A DNA stretch of 64,000 nucleotides, from the NCBI RefSeq assembly GCF_964355755.1, contig NC_092673.1, positions 13,364,948 through 13,428,947 of the forward strand, written 5' to 3'. The notes beneath the pieces are model-generated. The model saw nothing but the letters and a program-made list of their open reading frames with translations. It did not search any database and had not been told where the DNA came from. A program made the position numbers and the translations under genes. Shown here piece by piece: positions 24,170 through 38,027 of this stretch (within the stretch, counting starts at the first letter, position 1; each line of letters starts with the position of its first letter). The stretch comes from Antedon mediterranea. Taxonomy: Eukaryota > Animalia > Echinodermata.

Positions 24170-25500
24170 GAGGAAATGGAATACGTATAACCGATATGCG
24201 CTCTATTTAATGTAATGAACAACAGCGAAACAGTCAAAAATCCAATATTTTACATTCGTGTGGCCATACGATGACGTCATAACATCCGAGGGGTAAAGAT
24301 TATGCATGAATTCATATCTACAACATATCTGCTTACATATTAAATTTAAAAAATTGGGGGTAACGGTTGATCCTGAGGAGCTATAATAGATTCAAAGTAG
24401 GCATAATTTTGACAATATTTTGTCACTTTTGCAACTAAAACGCACGCAAATTGTCTAAATCAACGTGTTCGTATGACGTCATTTTAATTTGAAATGATGT
24501 CAATCTTATTTGAAATGACTAGCAAAGGCTGGAAAATTACAATTCAAGAGAAAAAAACATGATTTTCGTACTCCGTGCGCACCATACGCGTCAATTTTTT
24601 CGAACGCGCGGGAATTTTTGACATGCTTAAAATGTCATGATCAGCGTAGAAAGTTGATTAGAAATTAATTTTGCGCATTTTGAAACTTCAAATGCGCGTG
24701 CGCGCGTAACTTTCTGTAAAACATGCCATTTTTAATCAATAGAAAGTTTGCCCTTGATATGACTTACATTTTCACCAAGTGTCAATACAAAATGACTTTC
24801 GGTTTATAATCTATGATCAATCAATAAAATTCATAAAATTGCGCGTAACTTACGCTACGCGACTCTAACGTCATATAACGAAGTTTCTTGCACATCTACA
24901 GCTACAGGTCACTCTTATGACAAAGTTATACAATCTTATGTTGATCAGAATGAGAGATATGCCTGCAACAAAATTCGTGGAAAGAAAGAAGAACTAGACA
25001 TGAAACTCATCACTTTGACGAGTTAGTTATCCGCTCGACAAACGCCACGTGCACGTCATACGTTACAATATTGCACACAGAAAAATATTAAGGCATTATG
25101 ACCTAAACTGAAGAATATGATATGTTGTTATTTCTGAATTCTGTTATTTTGTGTCATATAGTATACACAGTACAATCTGTATATCACAAACAGTGTAAAA
25201 TAGGTGAAATTACGGGACCCGTATTTTATTGTAATTTTTAACATCTTGACGGTTTCAAAATAAAATGCAAAATTAGAAATTTCTGAATGAAATTATCTCA
25301 GCAACAACATATTAACGTGTAGAAGAAATTTGAATACGTGAAATATTGATGCGCGCTCTTTTAAAAGTAATGAAATATAATGCAAAAGATGAAAATACGA
25401 CTTTTTTTTATTTAACTGGCCATATGATGACGTCACAACATTCGATTGGCACAATTTACACATGATTTTGTATCTACAATACAATAGCTTCCTGAAAACG
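24170..25500 (+). repeat. Interspersed non-coding repeat cluster rich in TGACGTCA (HINE-like)
   Basis: 24170-24290 matches 35937-36062 in reverse. 24950-24992 (gagatatgc.tgcaacaaaattc.tggaaagaaagaagaa) recurs at about 60188-60226. Confidence 0.6.
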
Positions 25501-25639
25501 TTTTAATCGTGATTATCACATTTTATTCTTACGAGGTATAACAGATTAAAATTTACTGTAAAGATGAAATTAATGACCAACGTAATTTAAATTTTTAGGC
25601 ATGATGACGTTAAAAAAAATAAAAAATTTGTTGTCTTCT

Positions 25640-25870
25640 GGAAAAAACATTTTTAAATGTGGAACGAATCAATCGTTGAACCATTTTTTAAAAACAAAAA
25701 TATCCACTCATGCAATATGTTGGCTGTATTAGTGGACTGGTAGCTGATTTGTGAATGAAGGCAAGTGGCACTTTACATGTTTCGCTTGTGTTTGCCCAAC
25801 TGAGAACCGTAACTCGATCTTTGGCTGTCTTAAAGTTCTTTGCCGATGTTTCACCATTAGGTAAACATGC
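25640..25870 (-). mobile_element. pogo/Tigger (Jerky-like) DDE transposase fragment
   Basis: ETSAKNFKTAKDRVTVLSWANTSETCKVPLAFIHKSA...LPVH...WFND.FVPH. Confidence 0.75.
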
Positions 25871-25879
25871 CCCGTTTAC

Positions 25880-26490
25880 CTAATGTGTTGCAGCGCTCGC
25901 GCTCTTCTTCAGTTAAGAAATATTCCACCAGACACCTGCCAACCTTTCGACAGTCAACGTGATGAGTCAGTAGCTTTGTAATTATAACATGCGTATTTCG
26001 TCTTGTATTTGTTGTTGCTGTGGCATTATTGTTGTATTAGTTGAGTTTGTGGTGGTAGTACATGTGGTGACCTAGTAAGTTCAAGTGTTGCCAGGCGCTG
26101 GTGGAAAGATCGCAATTCTTGTTCTTGTCTTGCAATAGTGTTCTCTTGTACCTCTACCTTCTCTTCCAGCTTTCGCAATAATAATCGCACACAATTAAAT
26201 AAAATTGTTTTACTGTAGGGCTTACTTAAGTAGGCTAGATTTCCGTTAATTCATACATTTTCTTATCTATCAATCATTATGCAGTATGCGAGTCTATTGG
26301 AGTTAAGTTGCGTACAATACATGGGTCCTAACTTACTGGTTTCTCTACGGAGAGTTTTTGGTCTTTCGTTGGTTGGTTGAGATCGTTTCTGTGCTGCTAG
26401 TTGTTGGGGCACAGCAGCGTCTTCCACTGGAACATCTCCCTCTTCCTCCGCAGCTTCTTCTTCTACTACATCGTCCTCTCTAGCTTCTTG
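25880..26490 (-). pseudogene. Relic gene: acidic exon, coiled coil, BEN-domain-like start
   Basis: An acidic stretch ends at a GTAAGT donor (about 26336). It is followed by LRKLEEKVEVQENTIARQEQELRSFHQRL, then RKVGRCLVEYFLTEEERERCNTLGKR (BEN-like). Frameshifted. Confidence 0.45.
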
Positions 26491-26856
26491 TAAATCAGAT
26501 ACTATGCTCGTATCTAACTCGTAATCCTATGGTTGATACAATCCGAAAAACAAAGATAACGCAAATTAGTAACGGATACCTGATGCTATTTGGGATTAGC
26601 TCAAACACTTTAAGCAATGATACATATTTAGCGGAACCAATGGGCCTAGAGTCTTCAAAAATATATATTGTATACATGCTAATTATATTTAAAATGGAGG
26701 ACACTTTCGTATCAATTAAAATTACCAATCATATTTTGTCCAAAAATAAAAATACGTATAAAACAAAAAACTATAAATTTAAAATAAAATGTTTAAATAC
26801 TACTATATTATTATGAGTATTTGTTTTCCTTATCTCACACAGGAACGGGTAATTAA

Positions 26857-28573
26857 GGGGCCGTCCAAAAACTAATTTTCCGCGAGTTCCGCGATTTTAC
26901 CTTCATAGTTCATTGAACCTCGTTTCCGCGGAACGTGCGATACAAAAATATTCATTCGGAATGCTCGCGGAACGCAATTGATGAATATTCATATCAACAA
27001 TCAAAATGTTGCCGCCCACATATCGCGAGTTCCGCGGGTAGCGGCCTAATAAATAGATGAGATCATAGTACAGAATAGCACGTTTTAGGCCTAGCTAGGT
27101 TGGCCGACTACGACTACAGTAGTAGGCTAGTACTAGGCCTAGTCCTACTTAAACTACTCTGATAGAACGGAGAAAATGATACCAAAACAATTTGTTTGTA
27201 GGCCTACAACTATTCATACACAGGGTTTCAACCACGGTAAAATTCAAGCCAATAACATTATGTAGTAGAATATAAATTATAGTTATTTTCCGAGTTTCGA
27301 TTTCTAAAGCTTTTTTTAATATAAAATTCAAAACACGGACGGACGCCGACCCCTCTCTCTCTGTTAGTTTAGAATTAATTCTGCACATGTATTGTGGACT
27401 ATACCATTTCTTTGAGGTCGGTAAAAACGCGTTCGTTAATTTAGTGTACGACGTTGTTAAACAAGATTTTTCGATGATCTGTCGGCTGGATTATTGAGGT
27501 GGGTGCGATAAAATATAAATATAATATACTTCCAACGATCTTCGGATTGAGGTGTGTGTTTAACTTTGTTACTAAAAGTGGACACCCCTAATTTTAGACG
27601 TATAATGGACTGCACCATGCAGGAACGCACATGGTATTTTCTTATCAGAGGGTGCGTGTACGTCAAAAGGAATTGTTTTTCCAACGATCCTTCTAGATCT
27701 TTCGTGCGTGGAGGAGGATGTATGTAGGCCTACACGACACGACGCCGTGTGAAATTTCTTATCAGAGGGTGCGTGTGCGTCAAATGGAATTGTTTTCCCA
27801 ATGAATTGAATTGCATGTGTTCTCGATCGGATCGGCGGTGGGAGGATAGGCTAGGAGTGCGTGTAATGCGTGCGTCGTAATGGTGATTTATTATTTTCTT
27901 TCTGTACTGTACACAGGGGACTATCATTGTTTAACAAGCAAGCATTTTATAATAAATCTAGGCCTACCTTGGTAGTTGTTTTTACCAGGCTAGCGGCGTG
28001 GCAATGTGGCGACAACGTTAAAAAATGTAAACGCAAGAAGGAGGCCTCTGCAAGCAAGGGAAATCCCCTTGCATCGAAGTCAGGCGATGTTTGCGTCTTG
28101 TCCGAGTCGTTGTGTAAACAAATCTTCTTGACATTAGTTTCTATCTACTTCAGTGGTTTTTATTGTGGTAAAACTCGGGAAGGGCACTCACATTTCATTT
28201 ATTATTATCTATATATTTATTAATAACAAAAACAAGATCAGACGCACGAATGGATATAATAATTGTAAACAATATTGAAATATAATAATGTGTTCTTCTG
28301 TAAAAATCAATTACCGTAATACCTGGCTGGCAAAGCGTTATTAATACAAACGAGCACTATATTCTCTAGTATCGGCAATGCTGCCGCGAGTTCCGCGATA
28401 TTGTAAGGCTTCCGCGAGTCTCGCGATATTAATTAATATTCATGAGTTCCGCAAGAAAATCAAGCTTGAATGATTTTGCCTCATTACCGCAAGAGACGTT
28501 CACTTTCATGGTTGAGTAAGTAATAGGGGTTGTTATCGCGGAACTCGCGGAAAATTAGTTTTTGGACGGCCCC
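26857..28573. mobile_element. PIF/Harbinger non-autonomous element (1717 bp)
   Basis: About 40-bp TIR GGGGCCGTCCAAAAACTAATTTTCCGCGAGTTCCGCGAT, TAA TSD (26854-26856, 28574-28576), subterminal CCGCGAGTTCCGCG repeats. Confidence 0.9.
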
Positions 28574-28989
28574 TAACGTCCATTTCCATTGAACGGGACA
28601 ACTGCCACTTATCCCTTCTTTGCATTTGCCGATATGCTTCCATCACCTAAACGCCGGAGCTCTGGTACTCAGATATTGTCCTTGTGCTAATCTGCTCTTA
28701 TTGAACTTCAAGGATGCAAGTAACGGCCGAACGATCAGAGGATACCCCTAAAAAATAATTTAGTGCATAGATATAAATAAAACTACACTCACCCACTGCA
28801 TTAATTTCTATGCCTATTGTGGCACATATTTTATTAGTAGACCTACTTGCATTTATGTATATTCGTCTTATTGTTTTTTTTATTACGTTTAATAACATTG
28901 CATTTTTAGTAGACAGGCCTATGCTGTAGGCATTTAGGCTTCATCATACTTATCAATCTCTTTTGTTCAAATTTTAGCCCTGAAAAGGG

Positions 28990-29860
28990 CTGTTTGGTTT
29001 GAGAAGTTTATGGTCTAATATCCACTTTACCCGGCGATGTATAACAGCTTAAATAACCTTTCCGAAGATGACTTCAAAATTCAGCCGCCATAATTTCTGT
29101 CCAGAAAGTTTTTATTCTTTCGATAAGATGTCTTTGTGTGAGGCTTGTGAGTGTTTTGGATATACTCCTTTAGCTGATGTCATACCAATTCAATTGGGTT
29201 GAGGTCAGAACTTTCCGCTGGTATCTTCCACCAGTTGATGTTGTTTGCAGTCATAAATTCTTTGGTTACTTTTGCAGTGTGTTTAAGATCATTGTCCTGC
29301 ATAAAGCGGTAGAAGTTGAATTGAGTATAGCGTCTATGTAAAACTGGGTATGCATGATACCATCAAATATTACTATGGGCACAGCTTCTTTCATAGATAT
29401 GCTAGACCAAACATGTACCTTCAATGGGTGTTTTGGTTGGTATATTTTGCGATTTACCATTGTGATTCAATTTGATAGTGCTTTCATGTTTAAAAATCAC
29501 ATCTTTAAACTGTTGTTCGTTGTTTCTGAAGCAACGAAGCGCAAATTTGAATTAATGGACTTTGTTTGGCCCTCTGATAAGTTGGCAATACCTACTTCCA
29601 TTGCAACGCCGTCAAGTTTTCTAAATTGACAATAGTTTGCTCTTAGATGATTTCTTTAAGCTTTCTAGTCGTCAATTAGTCATTGGCCTCCATCTCGCTA
29701 TCGATGATATTAAGACGTTCGGCGATAACTAACTTCGATCGGCCAGAACGTGGAAGGTCAGATATCGTCTTCATGTCTCGAGACTTCTTTAGTATTCTGT
29801 ATACACAGTGCTTCGGTGTATAGAAATACCCTCCATCTTAAATGTATTTATTATTTTAAT
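28990..29860 (-). mobile_element. Tc1-like (DD34E) transposase relic
   Basis: KHPLKVHVWSSIS...FMQDNDLKHTAK...WWKIPAESSDLNPIE (34 residues between D and E), with stops and frameshifts. Confidence 0.85.
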
Positions 29861-30802
29861 AATGCTAAAAAAAATCAATGGCGTTATAGCGGACTATTCA
29901 TCAAGAAATATGAGCATAACATCTCCGTACATCAGATCACATGTAATGGCCAGGTAGTGTAAGAAAAGAGAAATGACGTATGTATGTATGACATCTTTGT
30001 ACAGAATATTTTTCTGTAGGAAAAGAAAAAAAATATTAAGACATTCAATTGTGAAACATGAGGTAAGACACCGACGTACGTCAGGTAAGGTACACAATTT
30101 GTATAAACTATCAATTACGCATAAACTTTAAATCACTATTTGGCACGCGACCTTGATCTACAGTAGTTCTACCAGTGTAGGTCGATTCCGCGCCAGTGAG
30201 AAAAGATTCCGTATGGTGGGAAATAATTAATATGCCATGTGACCAACCTGCGATCAAACAACGTTTCACTATTATTAATATTTTTAAGTTCAAGTTGTGT
30301 TGAACTGGTGGCACTTGTGCCTCATCGTGGAAATTTTATTTTCACCGGCCATATTTCTTGATACACAACACAAAAAGCCAGCCTACCTATATTATTGTAT
30401 TTTAACCTAAAAATCCTCAAAATATTGTAGGCCTACATGTGATGTGATACATGCTGTATCATAATGAGTGTTTTATTTCAGTTGAATAACATTTCATGGT
30501 GGCATTGCTCATTGATCATCAACAATGAATCGGTATGCGTTAACAATAGTTTGTAAATGAACAATACGCCCAACTTCCTGATGATTCATTTGCATATCTT
30601 GCTGATAATATGATGGTTATGTACTGTACCATGGAGGAAATATACAATAAATATATAGATAAACTGTACCAGTTATGACTAATAGGTATAGAATAAATAA
30701 ATAGGTATATTTTTGCACATACTTGCATTAAATTACCTACTTAGCACACATGCACGTGCGTCATTATTTTGCAAATAAAGTAATATTATATTATATTTAT
30801 CA

Positions 30803-33800
30803 TTTAATTTGTGAGATGTGGCTTGCTATGGCTTCTTCAGTTGTTGGTTTTGGTCCTCGTTTTTCAACCTTATGCTCCTCTCTTGCTCTAGTCGTGTCAG
30901 GATGAACAAGTGAAGATCTATTCTTGATACCTATATTTAAAACACAATGTGAATAAAAAGAAAATCATAATTACTGTATCCTAATAGTAATGCATAAACT
31001 GCTTATATTATCACCGTATATTGTAGAAATATTGAAGACTATTAACCTTGAATAGCTTGTTCAAATACGCCCTTCATTAAATCGGTCCTGAACACATAAT
31101 CTTTTGGCTTCCTGACACGTTTCACCACATATCTCTTTGAACGTTTTGACCCATTCGACCGAATACTTGTGGTCTATTTCAGCGTCTCGGCAAGTATGCA
31201 AGTTATGGTCTAATACTGCTAAACAGCCTCTTGCTACCATACACTCATGGCTGAAGTGACTTCGCTTGGGCATATACTTCAGTAGCATGTTATGGAATAC
31301 CTCAAGATTTCCTGTATGGCAAAACTGAACAGCCTGAAAATTTAAACGTTATATAATTTTAGTATATAGTATATTGTACAAAAACAGTACATTACAATAA
31401 TAATAATGTTATTGATTATTACACCAATTACATTATGTAATTCTAATTACTTTAAACTTACATGTTGCATGTCTTTAAGGAACTTTGGCTCAACCACTAC
31501 TGCTCGCAATGCTTGATGTGCTTCACTTCCTGCCTGAAGCCATGGCTTGGTGGTGCTCACATTTGTGGAATTCCTCAAAACACACCCACTTATGTTTGTC
31601 CACAATGTGATTGAGGATTGACATCCACCGTTCCTGTAGTAATATAAAATAAATTTAATAAGAAATTAAACTGTGACAACATGTGCACATTAACTTACAC
31701 CAATGTTAATTGTTATTAAAACTGTCTCTCCCTCAATTACCTTGAACTGTGTGCAGCTACCTTCACACGTTTCTGCTGACCACCAAAAATGATTTGAAAT
31801 CGCCTTTTGCCATTGTCGCAGCTCCTGGTGTTTTTGGAAAATCTTTGTTAACTTTTTGCCTAAACTTTTGGCCATATGCCAGATGTCGAATTCATGCCGT
31901 ATATTCGGGTGTTGTTCTCGCATCGTTTTTGCAATTGTTGCATGCCTGTCAGTCACAAGTGTATCGATAGCAATTTTTTGATCCTGAAAAGGCATAAAGA
32001 AAGATCAACTATTTTGCAAACCATTTAAACAATTTATCCAACCAGTTTACAGACACAACAAAACCAACCTTTAGCTCATCAATGCATCTAATTAGCCCTT
32101 CGTTTTCAAGCCAATAGGAGTTCTTTACATTGTGTTCTCCCACAGCAACTGTTTTTGAACACAGAATAATGTCTGTTTTAGTATCCATTAACGAATACAG
32201 GCCAAACTCTGCATTGTGGCCAGGTGAGTCATGCCTGGCATCCCCTGCAACCACTAGCTCACTTTGTACATTTTCATAACCTTTGAAACAAAAACATAAA
32301 ATATTTAATTGTTTTGATATTCTGTAACCTTAGTAAAGTACATAAAACATTTTTGTAGTATTTAAACAGCCTATACTTATTACTAAATTTTGGTTAGTTT
32401 TGTTGATGATGCAATCACTTCATTTAGAGTTCATAATCCCAGATGTTTGCTTACGTACCTTTGTGAATGTCTTCCATGTGAACTTTATACATTTCTTGTA
32501 TGTTTGGCAGCAATATCTCTCTTTGAATGTCATAAAATGATGACTTCTTGATGCATGCTAAATTCAATGTCGTGCAGATCTCATCGAGTGTTGTAAAGGT
32601 ATTCCCGCTAAATAGTGTTGCGGCTGCAAGGCTAACATTGCCAGCAGGCCTACTGGTTGCACTACTGCATCTTGGTTGAGAACACCATTTAAAATTATGG
32701 CCACATAGACATATCCCAGTTACCACTAGCATACTACCAACAAGGCTTTTTTCAATATCAACTATTGGCTTTTTGCAGTTTTTGTAGGTTCGAATCCAAC
32801 CCGAGAAGTGTTCACAAAGTACCGATCATTCATTACAATATATCAGAGTTTTGCAACACCTGATCAATTTGAATAATACAAATATTGATATGGCATTTGG
32901 TAGAATTCACAGCTTAAACTACCAGACACAATAGTACAATGGTAGTTATATTTGATCTTAACTGCTTATGGAGGTATTTCAATTTATTACTGTTGTGATC
33001 TGTACGTAAACGGATTATACTGTTTAATTGGACAATTATACCATTGATGAATAATTTAGACATCCATGGTTATACCTAAGGACACGGCAAACTATTCCGG
33101 ATTGTAATGTTTTAACGTTCGAGATCCGAATAGTATCAGGGCCCACTCTTAAAAAGTATAGCCTGGAAGCAACATTTGATAAACCACACCAATATAAACT
33201 ATTTGTATTTGTTAAAATGTGTTTATTGTATACTGTGTGTATTTGTGTAAGTATTTTACATTTTGGTAAAGTAAATTTGTGTTCTAGATTACCTTTAAAA
33301 TACAATATGAGTAAATATCAGAAATTAGTATACTCAAAATACTATTCTATGAGGTCGTCTTTGTAAACGCAATTTTCAAATTTTCGGAGATTGTAATGTA
33401 ATAAATTTCAAATTCTGTCCCTAAGACTTGGATAGTCGGCTTTTGATTTGTTTTATTGTACTACTACAAGTTTATAAAACATACATTTAATTAAATCACT
33501 ATTTACATATGAAGTTATCACGTGATCTTTGTTCGGTCGATAATTTAAATAAATAATCTACAACGTCCACTTATAATTTATTTTGATAAAAATGATACAA
33601 TTTTTTTCACTTTCAGTAGTATTTTGTTAATAAAATAAATCACGTCAGACGACAATACTAAGCAAGTATTTCTTTTCACGTGTCGTTGTTTTGAAAGCTT
33701 TGTCTACATTCCAATGTAGCTTGATCAAATTGATACATCCTAAATAATCGCAGTATACACATAAATTGGTATCATTAGTAATTCTGCAATAGCAATTATG

Positions 33801-35927
33801 TCAACTATATCGAAAAGAATGGAAAACTGAAGAAAATTGTTCATGACGACGACGGATAATCTAGGCCTAACGCAGCTCTCAAACTCAAAGGCAAGGTAAG
33901 CCTAATAGGTACAGCAGGTTATAGCATACATAAACATAGTAGTGCCGTCAAAGAACTTATAACACAAGAATTTATTGTCAAAAGCACAAAAACTCATTTT
34001 ATTATAGACAACTTATCAATAATATTTCAATTGCCCCATCTTGTGAATCGAAATGGGAAACACTTTTTAGAAATGTAAACCTCGATTGGAAAGAAATAAA
34101 ACATGTTACGAAATTAGCACAATTTAATTTTAAGCTGATACACTGTATACTTGCATGTAAAAAACGTATGAAGGTATGGAAGCTATCTGCTACAGAGTTA
34201 TGCGACTACTGTCGAACTGAACCAGAAACAGACAAACACATGCTATTAAAGTGTAAAAGTGTTCAACTTGCATGGAATAATTTTAATTCCATGATTCAAG
34301 ACTGCTATACACTTAACGAAACAGTTAATAATTGGATAGATATAGTTACAGGAACAAAAAGTAAAAATGTAAATGAATTAATCTCATTGTTAACCTTCTG
34401 TATTTATAAATCTAAATGTATCAAATCAGAAAAATATACAAAAAGATCAACAATGATTTGGAGCTTGTTCCGTATAGAACTCAGAACTATTAACTAACCT
34501 ATATGCTTGTAATGTAAATAAAGCTCACATTAAATGGGCTAAAGTAAAAGATAAATTAATGAATCACATTTTATAAAATCGAAATGAATACTCGTTTTTT
34601 TTTCTTTTCTCTTTCCTTCTTTTTCTTTCTTCTATATTGAGGAAAATTAAAAAGAATACAAAGTAATTTTTGCAGTGCAGTTGGAACAGCTGTTCCTCAA
34701 ACACAATGCATTTCTTGGATTCCACCAAATTCTTGACAATCTAAGCAAAAAGTATAGATTAAGATAACATCAGTATTGTAATTGTTTATTTTGGGACCTT
34801 CTGAACACCGTATACATATAATATAATAGTAAAACTCCCCTAAACAAGGCATATATGCAGGATTATTGTAGAGCATTGTGCGGCAGCATGTGGTATATAG
34901 TTGGCCCTACTATTTAACATTATGCAGTAAAAATATTATAACTTTACAGCACTTAATTTCCCCATGGTAATAAAACCAAACCTGGTGTAGCATAACCTAG
35001 CCCATGGACCTATAAATTATCTAATTTATAGGTCCATGCCTAGCCTATTAAGTTTTAAAACAGTAGTCTCTTGTATCTTATCTTGTTACTACCAGCAGGT
35101 ATCCTTTGTCATTGTTAATATAAAAAGTAGTGCATAATAAACTACAGCTGTAATACGATATGCTTAATCTTTAATAAATACATTCATTTTAAAGTTCTGT
35201 ATTTAGAATTGAATGAATTTACAAATGTCATTATTATTAATATTTTTGAAATGATTACTTTATGATGTACAGTAATTTATAAATTTTAATTGTTAAAAGT
35301 ACAATTACCTCATTGGAATCTGAATCGCTTGAACTGGAACTGGAACTTTGCACATAATCCTTGTCCTTTTTCTTCAATGGTGAATCCGAAAACAAATCAT
35401 CATATCTTGCTCTTTTTTCTGGACTTGATGAGCAGCTAGGCATACTATTAATATCATCATTATTGTCATCAGCTTCTCTAGATGTTGAAGGCTGAAAAGG
35501 AAATTATTTACATATTTATAATTAATTAATGAGGATAAACGAAGACGGTTGGTAGGTTTATTATTAGGGACGGTTTAGGGTTAGGTTATTTCCGTCTTTT
35601 TTAATCTTTAGCTTAGTCGAAGCCCCTCTAGCTAGTAGTAGTAGCCCCTACTTATTATACTTACGTAGTATAGTAGTTTATTTATAGAGTATTTATAGGC
35701 CTACTACTACTAGGCTAAACCTTATACTATTACAGTAGCCTACTACTATGATGAGTGTAACTGTAAGTTTACTATTCTAGGCTAGGCCTAGTAGTAGTAG
35801 GTAGGCAAGAATGTAGGCCTACCTGGTCCTAGCTAGGTAGACAGTCGTAGTTTCTAAACGAAACGGTAACAGTTATTTTTATTACATATTCTGGAAGTTG
35901 ATGAGTTGTAGATATGGAATCATGCAT
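30803..35927 (-). mobile_element. Intron-containing Kolobok-type transposase pseudogene
   Basis: Spliced exons (e.g. 32459-32779, 32069-32280, 31741-31983) encode AGDARHDSPGH, LVTDRH..I, HEFDIWH..K, FCHTGNLEVFH..LLKYMPKR...LAVLDHN and a C-terminal KPTTEEAIASH. Several frameshifts. Confidence 0.85.
34040..34570 (+). mobile_element. L1/Tx1 ORF2 3' end (CCHC zinc finger), part of an insert at 32780-34666
   Basis: FNFKLIHCILAC...CDYCRTEPETDKHMLLKC...W. The insert is bounded by the direct repeat TTTTTGCAGT (32770-32779, 34667-34676). Confidence 0.75.
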
Positions 35928-36349
35928 TAATATGGCTAACCGGACATTGTAACGTCATCGTATGGCCACGCGAATATAAAATATAGGATTTTTGTATCTT
36001 TTGTCATAGCGCATCACATTTAATAGACCGCATCTCCACTTATCTGTTTTCCATTTTCACCCCGATTTTGATATTTTTTTTATTTTATGTCTTTCGGCAA
36101 TATTGTCATAAGGATTACCAATAGTAAATTTATCACTGTCCTATCAGATAGGTGGTAATCCCCCTGATACAGGGGCTATTTTGTGAAGCAGGTCACCGGG
36201 GGATCTACTCTTCTTTGCGACAGTCATTTGTTGTCTGTGTTGCTTTAAACAAAAGCATACACAGCGATGTTTGATCGATGCTTTCAAAATCTCTTTAGGA
36301 CATATGGTTGCTCTGAAAAGAGCAGTTGGTTTGGAAATGTCTTCATTCA

Positions 36350-38027
36350 TCACATGGTCTTCACTTTTATCATGGTCCGAATATCCTCTTTAGAATCGTC
36401 TACATTTAATAAAACCAGTCTTCTTTCTATCTCTTCAACTCTGCTGATATGTGTACTTGATCTAAAGAAAGATAAGACCAATCCATTTCTATATTATCAT
36501 TTGTTTTTATGTTGTGAAAATCATTCCTGGAGCAAATTACTGACTTTAACAAAGTTGTATAGTAACATTGGCCGGATACACAAATATAAACCAAAAGCCT
36601 ATTAATTGTAACAAAATTATCAAAGAGATAAATTCCAGGCTTTTCCTTTGTCGGTGGAGTGAGATATACAACAATTAAGTTGATAGGAACAAAAAAGAGT
36701 GAACAAAAGAAATGAGTGAAATCGAATGGAAAAAAATTATAGAAAAAAAAATTTGATTTGACATGTAGTACAATGTTTGTAATCCGAGTTTGTTTTTTAT
36801 TATAACCTAAAGGAGATTGGCTTCAGTACAAAACAAGTCTTACCTGTCAAATTTGATTATTTTGATATGTTTTCCAGTTATATTCAATAGATCATTGTCT
36901 GTTACCCCATTCAAAATTGCTGCAGCGTAAACGGTCTCACTATTGGTCAAAATGGGTTATACACCTATAACACAGGTTTCCCCTGTATTTGTATGACACC
37001 ATAGTTGACTCCTTCATTTTCTGGCGTTGCCAATTCTCTTCTTCTCAATTCAAATGTATGCACAACTACGTCATCACCAAATTCTACTCTAACAGCCACG
37101 CTGTCTAAGCTTTTTTCGTTTAGCCTTTTTAGGCTACCAAGAACTGGTGACTGTTGCTTTCTATAAAATACATAATGTGTACATAATATAAGTAAACATT
37201 ATTTTTTATGCGAGTATAATTAACAAATTAAAATTCAAACATTCAGAAAAAATACAAATTTGAAATCCTATTTCCCTATGGTAAAATATGTTTTCCTTAT
37301 TGTATAAAATTATTTGCCATTTATTTTCAATTACTGTATTTTAAAGTTAATTTTTAATAACCAATATTTAATTATATTAAAGTTCTAATAATTAATAAAT
37401 CATGGTACTTTAGTAAATCGTTAAGCTCTGACTGGACTACCAAACTCCATGTGATAAAAAAAAAAATTATATGCCTATATATGGACACATTGGCATCATA
37501 TCACTTTCATATTTTGAAATTTATAAAAGATACCTTTTTTCCTTGTTGATTGAACGTCCCAAGTATGTTCTGGGCAAGATACCACTTCGCTTATAGACTT
37601 TATTCTCGGCAGCATGTGATATCCATTAGCAATCTAGAAAAATAAGTAATATAAATAACGATGTATGTCGCTTATAAGTGAAAGAAAATTTCTGCTACAT
37701 TGAATAAAGGCACGCACTCGAGATTTGGATAATTACAAAACGTCAAATCTGTTCATAACCAGTGATATATACCGGTATTCAAAAGTTCAGATTGTTCATG
37801 CCCTTTAAAAAAACACATACTGTAGTAAATTTAATTTAAAAAAAACTTTTTAGATCAGTACCACTACCTGCATGCTGACGTATCTGGTCCCATGAACCAA
37901 TCGGACCATTGTCTAGTTGTTGCCTTAAAAAACGAAACATCCAATGGCCATTAGGGTCCAGCCATTTCAACACATTGAATAATGTGAGTGCACGGATTAT
38001 GGATGTTTACGCCACAGTTCTCTGGAC
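36350..38027 (-). pseudogene. Four-exon spliced pseudogene of unknown family (weakly PDZ-like C-terminal part)
   Basis: Exons 37868-38027, 37534-37633, 36844-37160 and 36350-36461 have canonical AG/GT sites and a consistent phase chain 0-1-2-2, but carry 3 in-frame stops and one 1-nt frameshift. Confidence 0.55.

Noticed and set aside
32785-32805. tRNA gene
   Set aside because: Only the T-loop motif GGTTCGAATCC is present; no cloverleaf.
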